Below are positions 18,495 through 26,501 of a stretch of DNA of 32,000 nt, in pieces. The position numbers were made by a program, and so were the translations under genes. Where the stretch lies: sequence record PP083315.1; one strand, written 5' to 3'. The notes beneath the pieces are model-generated. The model did not search any database and was not told the DNA's origin. It saw nothing but the letters and a program-made list of their open reading frames with translations. This DNA comes from Vibrio phage VB_VaC_TDDLMA. The first letter of the stretch is position 1, and every line of letters begins with the position of its first letter.

Positions 18495-18808
18495 ATGAAC
18501 TCCTCTGGATACATTTTCTTTATGAAATCACATGTTACCATTTCTTGAGACAGGATCATTTTATATTCATCACTATCTTTTTCAATGAACTTCCACCACA
18601 TCAAATTGGGATCCTTAACAAAATTACCCCAAATAGTATATGAAGATTGACAAAATGGACGCTCTAGTGTATTCAGTGTATTGTAAGATAAGCAGGTAAC
18701 TATGTTTTTATCTCCACGTTCTTGAATAACGTGAATGTATATAATTTCGGGGGTTCCTTCATAGAACAAAACTAAAAGATCGCCACATTCATAACCGTCA
18801 AATATCAT
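18491..18808 (-). CDS. array family protein, tail MYPEEFI
   Basis: Start MIFDGYECGDLLVLFYEG at 18808 (ATATGA coupling). Confidence 0.82.
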   Translation of the reverse strand: MIFDGYECGDLLVLFYEGTPEIIYIHVIQERGDKNIVTCLSYNTLNTLERPFCQSSYTIWGNFVKDPNLMWWKFIEKDSDEYKMILSQEMVTCDFIKKMYPEEFI

Positions 18809-19065
18809 ATGAACTCCTCTGGAAATAGTTCCTTTGTTCGTCGAATTAGGTGGCGTGTTGAACAACAGGCATCTTTTTTACTAAATCTGTGTAGAAACTG
18901 AAACCCACCAGGGTTACCTTGTATGAAAGGTTGAGATGGCATTTTTACACGGTTAATCTCATTTCCACATGAAGACCAAATGCCACGTACACTTCGTTCT
19001 TTGAGTGTATTACGTTTCACGATGTGTAGTCCACCTTGGTATCTTAATATATAATAATGTGCCAT
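18805..19065 (-). CDS. array family protein, tail LFPEEFI
   Basis: Start MAHYYILRYQGG at 19065 with AAGAGAA upstream. Confidence 0.8.
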   Translation of the reverse strand: MAHYYILRYQGGLHIVKRNTLKERSVRGIWSSCGNEINRVKMPSQPFIQGNPGGFQFLHRFSKKDACCSTRHLIRRTKELFPEEFI

Positions 19066-19078
19066 ATTTAATTCTCTT

Positions 19079-19429
19079 TTATACAAAATGTTCTGGGTAA
19101 ATGGATTTTATGAAATTCGTTACCTTCGTGGGTTCCGGTAATTCGTCGATTAGTTTCATTAAGTCTGGATAGTAACATTCATCAATGAAGATATAAACAG
19201 ATGATGGACTATTAGAATTAAAATCATCTAGGTATATGAATTCCTTTTCGCCTAATTCACCGTCGGCTTCCCAAATATCATTAACCCAAATTTTATCGTT
19301 ATACGAACAATCACCATACTCTGTTTTGTATACCTTACATATGTACTCACCATCATTAGATGAATTTTCAATATTGAAGTAGAGTAGGTAAAGTAGTGTT
19401 CCGGGTTCAAAATCTTCTAATTTGTACAT
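19079..19429 (-). CDS. array family protein, tail IYPEHFV
   Basis: First gene of the right block; N-terminal FEPGTLLYLLYF. Confidence 0.8.
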   Translation of the reverse strand: MYKLEDFEPGTLLYLLYFNIENSSNDGEYICKVYKTEYGDCSYNDKIWVNDIWEADGELGEKEFIYLDDFNSNSPSSVYIFIDECYYPDLMKLIDELPEPTKVTNFIKSIYPEHFV

Positions 19430-19445
19430 TTCATAACCATAAAAA

Positions 19446-19487
19446 AGCCTCTTAATTTATGATAGTTTAAATCATAATCAAGAGGCT
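19446..19487 (-). terminator. rho-independent terminator after the helicase gene, 17 nt before the first gene of the array
   Basis: AGCCTCTT...AAGAGGCT plus an inner stem, then T6 on the minus strand. Confidence 0.8.
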
Positions 19488-19501
19488 GTAAAGATAAATG
19501 T

Positions 19502-22192
19502 CTAATCTCTTATATAAGAAAAGTATTCTTTCACGTTTCTGTTCACTTCGTACAACCTCTGTCCCCAAATCCCTGGTGAATCGAGTCTTGTCACGCTGTA
19601 CCCGCACATGTCCAAGATATACTTTAGGTGTTTATCTTGTTTGATCTTAGATGGATAGTATTCATCATGAATCTCGTGCTGTCCATATGCTAACAGAAGA
19701 TTGAAAAAGTGTATATCAGTGCTTTGGTTATTAATCACTGCCTTTGATACTCTATGCTTGATATCCGTATCATCGTAGATCCCCTTAGTGAACTTGTACA
19801 CGACTTGATAATTCTTACACTTTTGAATGAATGAACGATCTTGAAGAGCACATTCTAAGATCTTTGCTTTCACTTCTGATGGACAATCGATAATATATTC
19901 ATCAATTTCTGCTAAAGCTTGAAGCGTTTTGTCTGCATCTGTATCTAGAAGGAGAGCTGTTCTTTCTATGTCATTAAGCTTTAAGAATTGTTCTACGTTA
20001 TTGAGTAATAACTCTTGCTTATTATTCTTAATTTGCTTTTGATACTTCGAAAGAACATTACCAGTGAACTTGGTATCAATTGTTCTCGGTTCCTTCATAA
20101 AGTGATACTGCAATAACCACAACATAGAGTCCTTGTGACTGAATTCTAGAATATTCTTGAACGTATCGATCTTAATCGCTTTCTTACCAATACTTGATAA
20201 CTTAGCTTCGCCATAATCGTCAATATCAAAAAGATAATTCTGTTCAATATTACGTCCAATGTTCCCCATATATTCGTCACGAATCTCGTTATATGATGTT
20301 TTCAAATAATTCACTTTCTCTTTAATAAACATGTGAATCTCTTTCGTTTTACGTGTTCGCTTAATCATCTGAATCGAGCTAATCGAATCAGTGCTCATTG
20401 AACTATCGTAATGAAAATGATAATTAACTTCATTTAGATTTGAGACACCGACGGTAAGTGTTGGTGAGTATATGAGGACGTCCCATTTGTCGTGATTATC
20501 TTCTTCAAACAAATCATAGATCAATTTCTTTGTACTTTCTGGAGTATCTGCTGTTAGTGTAACGACATTTAGACCTCGTTTTGATAATAGCATTTGTAGG
20601 CTATTGATGAAGCTTAATGAAGTTGAAGACACTGTCAGTTTATGTTTTTCTGAGTGAACTAATATTGATTGAACAAAGTAGTTGAAATCTTCATAATTAA
20701 AGAGAGTTGTTGGATCTCTATATATGTTGTCAATCATATGAAGATTCGTTTCTTTGTTTGATAATAAAAAGTTCTCATAACCAGTTAGGAAAGCATCGGC
20801 AATGACTAGTTTCTTATTAAAGGAACCAAAGAATTTAGCAATGTTAATACTTGAATTATTTAGGTTGGAACGACTATGAAGCATCAATGATATGAATTCA
20901 TCCATGATCACAATATCAAAGAACTTAATATTAAAACGCCACAATGAATCATATTGACAAACTAATGAATCTCCTATTTCGTATTTGTCTTCATTATATA
21001 ACTTGATATTGTACTTTTTACCAAAATCTTGAGCGACAGAAATACGGTTAGTTATAATGAGAACTTTCATATCTTGTTGATGACATTCATCAATTATATG
21101 TTTAATAATTGTTGATTTACCTGTTCCCATTGGACTGCGGATGCTTAATAAACCATTTTTATTTCTTAAATATACATCAATTACATTTTGTACTTCATCT
21201 GAAATTGAAAGGAATTTCTCATTTACCGTCACTACATTCGTATCGGTATTGAAGTTTAGAAATTCATTGTTATAATCAATCTCTTTTTTCATCAACTCTT
21301 TTGCAGCTGGTAACTTACGAACTGCATCAAATATATTTACGGTTTTTGTTGAATTACCATGATGCATCGTGTAAGGAGAAGATGAAAACCAAAAATAACC
21401 GCCAGGTGATTTAGTTTCGGATGGATGCTTAAAACTAATGGAATCATTTGGGTTATTTCGAATTGCTTCGAATCCCATTGATTGGAAAACCTTTAAGCAT
21501 AATTTTTCCATACTCTCGGCTTCAAGATTCTGGTTATTTTTTTGAATATCATCAATTGATATATCTGAACCGATTGATTTGCCTAAATATTCTTTCTTAA
21601 TTTCGTTGATATGATCAGATGCTGTTTGTTTTACGAATTTAAAACGAATGCCATCTTCATTATTAAGAAAAACATTATTTTTTAACATAGGTGCATTCAG
21701 TGCAGCCTTACGACACACTGATTCATCTATTGTACAGAAGTCTTTTAGATCGTGGTGAATGACAGATAATGCCATTTTTGTGTAGTTTATATCGATCTCT
21801 TCAGTGAATAGAATTCCTTTCATATTGAAGTTGTCGAAACCATTATATGAACGAGATTCACCAAGAATAACCTTGTAATCTTTAAAATAATCTAAGATCT
21901 TCTGTTTCGCAAACTCAGATTTAACGTCATCAATGTCTAAGATTAGATGAGTGATCGTATCTTCATATAGTGGTTCTAGATTTACTTTTCGACGAAAAGT
22001 CCGAACTGGCTTCTTCAATTTTCCCAATGGTAAATTGAGAATGAAGTGAGAAACCATGATAGAGTATGCTTGAAGATTAGTTTGAGTGTGATGAGTTTCA
22101 AATACAAATGTATTATCATCAAATGGTGACACTGGGTTTTTATTTTTGGTAGTTTTTGATTGAAATACAGTGATTTTTTCTATTTGTGACAC
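19502..22192 (-). CDS. putative origin-binding-protein-like (UL9 type) SF2 helicase with possible PrimPol (AEP) N-terminus
   Basis: LLSIRSPMGTGKSTIIKHI (Walker A), IVIMDEF (Walker B), YSPTLTVGVSNLNEV, QMIKRTRKTKEIHMFI. N-terminus THLILDIDDV (DxD). Confidence 0.7.
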   Translation of the reverse strand: MSQIEKITVFQSKTTKNKNPVSPFDDNTFVFETHHTQTNLQAYSIMVSHFILNLPLGKLKKPVRTFRRKVNLEPLYEDTITHLILDIDDVKSEFAKQKILDYFKDYKVILGESRSYNGFDNFNMKGILFTEEIDINYTKMALSVIHHDLKDFCTIDESVCRKAALNAPMLKNNVFLNNEDGIRFKFVKQTASDHINEIKKEYLGKSIGSDISIDDIQKNNQNLEAESMEKLCLKVFQSMGFEAIRNNPNDSISFKHPSETKSPGGYFWFSSSPYTMHHGNSTKTVNIFDAVRKLPAAKELMKKEIDYNNEFLNFNTDTNVVTVNEKFLSISDEVQNVIDVYLRNKNGLLSIRSPMGTGKSTIIKHIIDECHQQDMKVLIITNRISVAQDFGKKYNIKLYNEDKYEIGDSLVCQYDSLWRFNIKFFDIVIMDEFISLMLHSRSNLNNSSINIAKFFGSFNKKLVIADAFLTGYENFLLSNKETNLHMIDNIYRDPTTLFNYEDFNYFVQSILVHSEKHKLTVSSTSLSFINSLQMLLSKRGLNVVTLTADTPESTKKLIYDLFEEDNHDKWDVLIYSPTLTVGVSNLNEVNYHFHYDSSMSTDSISSIQMIKRTRKTKEIHMFIKEKVNYLKTSYNEIRDEYMGNIGRNIEQNYLFDIDDYGEAKLSSIGKKAIKIDTFKNILEFSHKDSMLWLLQYHFMKEPRTIDTKFTGNVLSKYQKQIKNNKQELLLNNVEQFLKLNDIERTALLLDTDADKTLQALAEIDEYIIDCPSEVKAKILECALQDRSFIQKCKNYQVVYKFTKGIYDDTDIKHRVSKAVINNQSTDIHFFNLLLAYGQHEIHDEYYPSKIKQDKHLKYILDMCGYSVTRLDSPGIWGQRLYEVNRNVKEYFSYIRD

Positions 22193-22276
22193 ATTTAATC
22201 CTTCTTATTTTTATCATATTTATTATATAGAAAACTGATTAAATTTAAATCAATTTGGAGGCAGATGCCTCCATTT

Positions 22277-23281
22277 TTACCAATCATCGGTGGGTTGTAA
22301 TTCAAGATATGTATTATGTTTATACTTTTCATCTATAATCTTAGCATATGCTAATTCTGAATTAACCCTGTGGTGCATCCGCTCGTAGTCTCCATGGGAG
22401 ATCGTTCCAACTTTAACACAACTTGGTGCATACATAACACTATAAAATGATTTCAAATAAGTTCCACCATCAAGATATTGTTCAGTCATGCCACCTGAAG
22501 TTTGTTGTGTTGTTCCTTGGTTTAGAGCAAACCCAAACAGGTTAAAGTTTAGAATGCCAATTCGACCTGATTGAACATAATAGTTAACATCTTCATTGAT
22601 TGTTCCATCAAACAAAAATGGTTCTTCTATATCACAAAAGAATGAGTTCATGACCTTTCTTTGATATCCACGTAAAACGTTAGCATTACCCATTCCACCG
22701 ATATAATCACCCATCTGAGACATGGTAATCGTTTTGCATGGTGTATTTTTAAGGAAGTCTAAATGAACACGAAACATTCGGTCTAAGTCGATTGTTTGGA
22801 GTGATTTTAATTTACCACCATCATAATCGAGCATACGTTGACGAAATTCATCATAATCATCATCAAATTCTACAAAATAACGATAACCTAAAAGGTTTGC
22901 AAACGTAAATGCAATATTACGAGCATACAAGATAACGCCGTATTTGTCAAAGTTATCACCTTTGTCCATGTGGGGGATCATCTTTTTCTTATTAAACACA
23001 AGTACACGATCACCAAACTGACGAATATATTCATCTAATTGTTTATCATCATCAGAACAAATGAAGTAATAATCTTGATTAAACTGACCACCCTCACGAA
23101 ATAGGCGCTTATATGTCTTAATCTTATCTGGACGCCCATATGTCAAAATAAACACACAGAAATCTGACATTCTTCGTTCTTCTTGACCATCCATAAAATG
23201 AGGAATCTTATTATCAGGAACACGAATAACAGCTTCTTTCATTCCATGAATTCGTTCTTTAACATCATCTGTAAACATAAG
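22277..23281 (-). CDS. GT-A-like glycosyltransferase
   Basis: CVFILTYGRPDKIKTYKRLF, YFVEFDDDYDEF, DGTINEDVNYY, HGDYERMHHRVN. The track starts at 23293; the exact start is uncertain. Confidence 0.6.
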   Translation of the reverse strand, partial: LMFTDDVKERIHGMKEAVIRVPDNKIPHFMDGQEERRMSDFCVFILTYGRPDKIKTYKRLFREGGQFNQDYYFICSDDDKQLDEYIRQFGDRVLVFNKKKMIPHMDKGDNFDKYGVILYARNIAFTFANLLGYRYFVEFDDDYDEFRQRMLDYDGGKLKSLQTIDLDRMFRVHLDFLKNTPCKTITMSQMGDYIGGMGNANVLRGYQRKVMNSFFCDIEEPFLFDGTINEDVNYYVQSGRIGILNFNLFGFALNQGTTQQTSGGMTEQYLDGGTYLKSFYSVMYAPSCVKVGTISHGDYERMHHRVNSELAYAKIIDEKYKHNTYLELQPTDDW

Positions 23282-23286
23282 ATCTC

Positions 23287-23706
23287 CTACCAAGATTGAT
23301 TGTTAAGCGTTTCAACGTCTTTGTCAACTTCTTCTTGATAAGCGATAAAACCATTTTCAATAGCTTTATCATAATCAACAATGACAAGAGCTGAGTTTTC
23401 CATCAAATCTTTAATCTCTTTGTTTGCGTGAGCATAGAAATCAGCAATCTTAGAGAAGTTAAATTGAGTATGACGTTCAGCTGCACTAATCAAAAACAAA
23501 CGAACTTCATCTGGCAAATCGTGTTTATTAATCTCTGCAATTAGCTCGTCACGTTTGGTTGTGTTGAACAACTCAGATACTTTAGGCATTACGTTCTTTG
23601 GTTCGTAAATTGGGATCTCAATCTTACGAGTGTACAGTGATTTTTCTGGTTGGGTTTCTTGCGTTGATTCTGGATTGACTTGAACATCAGTTTGATTTTC
23701 AGACAT
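23287..23706 (-). CDS. hypothetical protein
   Basis: 139 aa ORF with AGAAGGAG upstream of the ATG. Confidence 0.7.
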   Translation of the reverse strand: MSENQTDVQVNPESTQETQPEKSLYTRKIEIPIYEPKNVMPKVSELFNTTKRDELIAEINKHDLPDEVRLFLISAAERHTQFNFSKIADFYAHANKEIKDLMENSALVIVDYDKAIENGFIAYQEEVDKDVETLNNQSW

Positions 23707-23769
23707 ATTGGCTCCTTCTGAATAAGTATAAAATCATTTTAGGTGTCTATTATATACTCAGGACATTAA

Positions 23770-23804
23770 AAAAGCTAGTCCTTTAATATAAGAAACTAGC
23801 TTTT
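23770..23804. terminator. bidirectional terminator
   Basis: AAAAGCTAGT/ACTAGCTTTT, 10-bp arms; minus strand continues TTTTTTAATG. Confidence 0.75.
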
Positions 23805-23823
23805 GTATAATGGGTAAAAACGT

Positions 23824-24009
23824 TTAATCACTTTCCTTATCAGCTTTCCAGCCTTTGTCAACTTCATCGAAGAACTTTTTCTTGTCTTCATCGGATAGAT
23901 CTTCAGGTGATTCAACGTTGTACTTCTTCAACATTTTATCGAAGTACATCTGATAAGATTTCTTATCATCCATTTTCTCATTTAAAAATTCACGAAATGT
24001 TGGTTTCAT
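23824..24009 (-). CDS. putative small virion/internal head protein
   Basis: N-terminus MKPTFREFLNEKMDDKK resembles the T4 capsid-targeting sequence MKTYQEFIAE. AAGGAT RBS. Confidence 0.5.
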   Translation of the reverse strand: MKPTFREFLNEKMDDKKSYQMYFDKMLKKYNVESPEDLSDEDKKKFFDEVDKGWKADKESD

Positions 24010-24026
24010 TTTATTATCCTTATTAT

Positions 24027-24317
24027 TTATTCTATTACAAAAACTGATTTATCTTTAATCTTAATATCAAAGTCACTTAGTACATCTTCAATTTCCGAAC
24101 TGTCATAGCTTCTAGCAAAGTCTATCTGTGTTCCAAATGATGTAGGTGTAACCAACCTAATCTTAAAACCAGAACGTCTCAGAATCTCTTCAGGACGTCC
24201 CTTAGCTTCATTCATGATATCAGACTTACTAGGCGAATCTACAGTTTTTTCATCAGAACGAGACTGATTATCAATCTCGTTTGTGTTTAGGTCTTTAAAA
24301 TATTTAATATATGACAT
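24027..24317 (-). CDS. hypothetical protein
   Basis: 96 aa ORF between two putative head-related genes. Confidence 0.65.
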   Translation of the reverse strand: MSYIKYFKDLNTNEIDNQSRSDEKTVDSPSKSDIMNEAKGRPEEILRRSGFKIRLVTPTSFGTQIDFARSYDSSEIEDVLSDFDIKIKDKSVFVIE

Positions 24318-24337
24318 ATATAACTCCTATATGAAGC

Positions 24338-25258
24338 TTATACTAAGATATTAAATTTGTAAAGCATTTCATTATCTGTCTCATGAAGAGGAGATGCAGT
24401 GATTGCAAAACGGTTGTACAAGTGATAGTTGATATTGCCATTGTCTGGATCAGTCGCTTCTACAATGTTAGACATGTAAGGAGAGAACACAGCACTTGAA
24501 CGGCTAGGGTTTCGAGTATCCTTTAAACCAACATATGCAGTTGTACTAGTTGGGTCTGGGTTTAGATAGAACTTAGTTTTACCAATGACAGTAACCAACA
24601 GGTTATCTCGATCATCTTCTTCACCACCTGCATATTGAGTCAAACCAAGAATACCACCTAGTGCAGTCGCAGGAATAACAGCAAATGCTTCATATGTTCT
24701 GAAGTTCTTGTTATTCATTTTCAGTACGCTTTCGTGAACCTTTTGTGTCACTTCAAACAAATTGACTTCTGCATTTAATGAATCTGAAAGCTGAAGATCC
24801 TGAACAGCCAAAGATTGTGCATCTAGAAATTCTAGTGTTCGAGTGTTTTCTTGGTCGTTAGCTAAACCACGCAAAAGTTTACCAATTATTTGGTCTGCAA
24901 ACATGCCATATTGTGCACGAATGTCTTGAACCACTTCTTGTGTAATACCAGTGCTAATTGATTCACTTGGATATACTTCAACTTCATTACGCAATAGAAC
25001 AGCTTTTTTATCGCTTGGATTTGTCTTATCCGTTTTAATATTAAAGATAGCAGCAGTCGGACCAGTCATAGGAAGAACTGAAAAGATCTGACGTCCCAAT
25101 GAAGGTAAATCAGTTTGTTGAAAGATCTTATCAAGCGATAAGTTTTCATCTGTCGTTGCAATCTCTGGAGCCGCTGGTCCAGTTGTATCTTCGTTCAATA
25201 GAGCAAGAAGTTTTTGAACCTGCTCTTCTGTAAATTTTTCATTTTCCATGAGTATCAT
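24338..25258 (-). CDS. short gp23/gp24-like capsid protein homologue
   Basis: LPMTGPTAAIFNIKTDK resembles gp23 'PMxGPTGLIFAM'; C-terminal VFSPYMSNIVEATDPDNGNINYHLYNRFAITASPL resembles the gp23 C-terminus. Late promoter upstream. Confidence 0.65.
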   Translation of the reverse strand: MILMENEKFTEEQVQKLLALLNEDTTGPAAPEIATTDENLSLDKIFQQTDLPSLGRQIFSVLPMTGPTAAIFNIKTDKTNPSDKKAVLLRNEVEVYPSESISTGITQEVVQDIRAQYGMFADQIIGKLLRGLANDQENTRTLEFLDAQSLAVQDLQLSDSLNAEVNLFEVTQKVHESVLKMNNKNFRTYEAFAVIPATALGGILGLTQYAGGEEDDRDNLLVTVIGKTKFYLNPDPTSTTAYVGLKDTRNPSRSSAVFSPYMSNIVEATDPDNGNINYHLYNRFAITASPLHETDNEMLYKFNILV

Positions 25259-25283
25259 TTTCCTCTGTTATGGCATTTACTAT

Positions 25284-25291
25284 TATTTATA
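25284..25291 (-). promoter_or_regulatory. T4-type late promoter TATAAATA
   Basis: Complement of tatttata, 26 nt upstream of the 25258 start. Confidence 0.75.
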
Positions 25292-25389
25292 CATAGAGGA
25301 TTTTTCGAAAACAAATGGTGAATAAAGCGAATTAATAATATGTTTTTCTATATTAAAAACTTCACATTTTTCATTTTCAAGACAATAAA

Positions 25390-25411
25390 AAAACGCCATT
25401 TAAGGCGTTTT
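25390..25411. terminator. bidirectional terminator
   Basis: AAAACGCC-ATTTAA-GGCGTTTT, perfect stem flanked by A and T tracts. Confidence 0.85.
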
Positions 25412-26094
25412 TAGTCTTTTTCACAATGATATTGGAATTCACAATAATCACAAAGTTTAGATGGGCATTTTTTGAATTCTGTATCTTGTTCTGTACTGAT
25501 TATCATTCCAGAAAGCGAATCTTTGTATGTTCTCAGATACTTCCTTTCAAGCAAAAGATCGTTCTCAGCTTCGGCATGTTCCACATAAACATATGAGATC
25601 TTTATTTGGTCAATTTTTGGGTACCGTTGAAAGAAGTATATTGCATACATCATAAGTTGGTCATATGATTGCCATTTTTGTTCTTTAAGTCGTCCCGTTT
25701 TCCAATCAATCAAATGAAGTACGTTATCTTTTGTACATATGTAGTCAACATATCCTCTGAATATTGCATCTTTGGATTTATATTCCGTTGGTTCGAAATC
25801 TTTGGTTAAACCAAATGCGAATTCTCTAATACTAGGGATGTTCAAATAATCTTGACCAAGTTTTGTTTGTAAGAAATCATCAAAAATGTGTTTATACTTT
25901 GGTGCAAGTTTATGAGTTGATGGGTTCGGGTAATTTTCTAGTAGTGAATGAACAGCTCCACCTTTTAGCAATGCTGTCATATCTTGTTTCTGCGGTTTCA
26001 CCTTATCTATGTAACGGTATTTAAATTTTCGGTTACATTGTTCGTGAAGTGACAACTTTGAGAAACTATAGGGGGCATATTTCATATCGCTCAT
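25411..26094 (-). CDS. Cas4/RecB-like PD-(D/E)XK nuclease with Fe-S cysteine cluster
   Basis: SFSKLSLHEQCNRKFKYRYI, GYVDYI, LIDWKTGR (D...DxK), C-terminal CPSKLCDYCEFQYHC. Start MSDMKYAP has AGAGG upstream. Confidence 0.85.
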   Translation of the reverse strand: MSDMKYAPYSFSKLSLHEQCNRKFKYRYIDKVKPQKQDMTALLKGGAVHSLLENYPNPSTHKLAPKYKHIFDDFLQTKLGQDYLNIPSIREFAFGLTKDFEPTEYKSKDAIFRGYVDYICTKDNVLHLIDWKTGRLKEQKWQSYDQLMMYAIYFFQRYPKIDQIKISYVYVEHAEAENDLLLERKYLRTYKDSLSGMIISTEQDTEFKKCPSKLCDYCEFQYHCEKD

Positions 26095-26111
26095 ATAATC
26101 CTCTCGATAAT

Positions 26112-26133
26112 AAAAAAGGGCCATTTGGCCCTT
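26112..26133 (-). terminator. rho-independent terminator
   Basis: AAGGGCC-ATTT-GGCCCTT, followed by T6 on the minus strand. Confidence 0.85.
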
Positions 26134-26149
26134 ATGAAGTAATATTTAC

Positions 26150-26440
26150 TTAAAGTGGGGAATTCAATTCTCCAATTGCATCGTCGATTTCGACGTTCTG
26201 CTCTAACCATTCTTGAATTTTTTCTTCTTCGAATCGCTGAGAATCAGTCTTTTTCTTGTCTGCTTTAATCTTATTGAACACTTTGGTTACAATAGCAACT
26301 GGTACACCATCTTCTTTGAATTCTTCTTTGAGTGCTTTAATGTCTGCATCGATTTGACGTTTATTTTTTAATAGGTTTGCATAACGCTTGGTAAAATTTT
26401 CGATGCTTTCACGAGCTTCTTCACTTGAACGAATTTCCAT
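26150..26440 (-). CDS. DsbA-like dsDNA-binding protein (tentative)
   Basis: Spacing and pattern 'IDADIKALKEEFKEDGV...VFNKI...FEEEKIQEW' resemble T4 DsbA; lies near the rnh- and gp32-like genes. Confidence 0.4.
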   Translation of the reverse strand: MEIRSSEEARESIENFTKRYANLLKNKRQIDADIKALKEEFKEDGVPVAIVTKVFNKIKADKKKTDSQRFEEEKIQEWLEQNVEIDDAIGELNSPL

Positions 26441-26501
26441 TATTTTTCCTTCTATTTGATGTTTTAGTATCGTTGTTTTAATTATATTACTTTGAATATT
26501 T

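Noticed and set aside
11523-19429. Array considered as a CRISPR or simple DNA repeat array because of the recurring CC[A/G]GAG...ATATGA seam
   Set aside because: Seams are short, spaced at gene lengths (about 260-380 bp), degenerate and in coding frame; there are no spacers or cas operon.
11523-19429. Array considered as toxin-antitoxin pairs
   Set aside because: No alternating size, charge or motif pattern. Members look like one family rather than paired toxin and antitoxin types.
22220-22245. AATAAATA-like element upstream of the large helicase as a late promoter
   Set aside because: One mismatch from TATAAATA in a very A/T-rich region, and the gene product is an expected early/replication protein; too weak to call.
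25411-26094. Cas4-like nuclease as part of a CRISPR-Cas adaptation module
   Set aside because: No Cas1, Cas2 or repeats nearby; phage-type standalone nuclease is the simpler reading.
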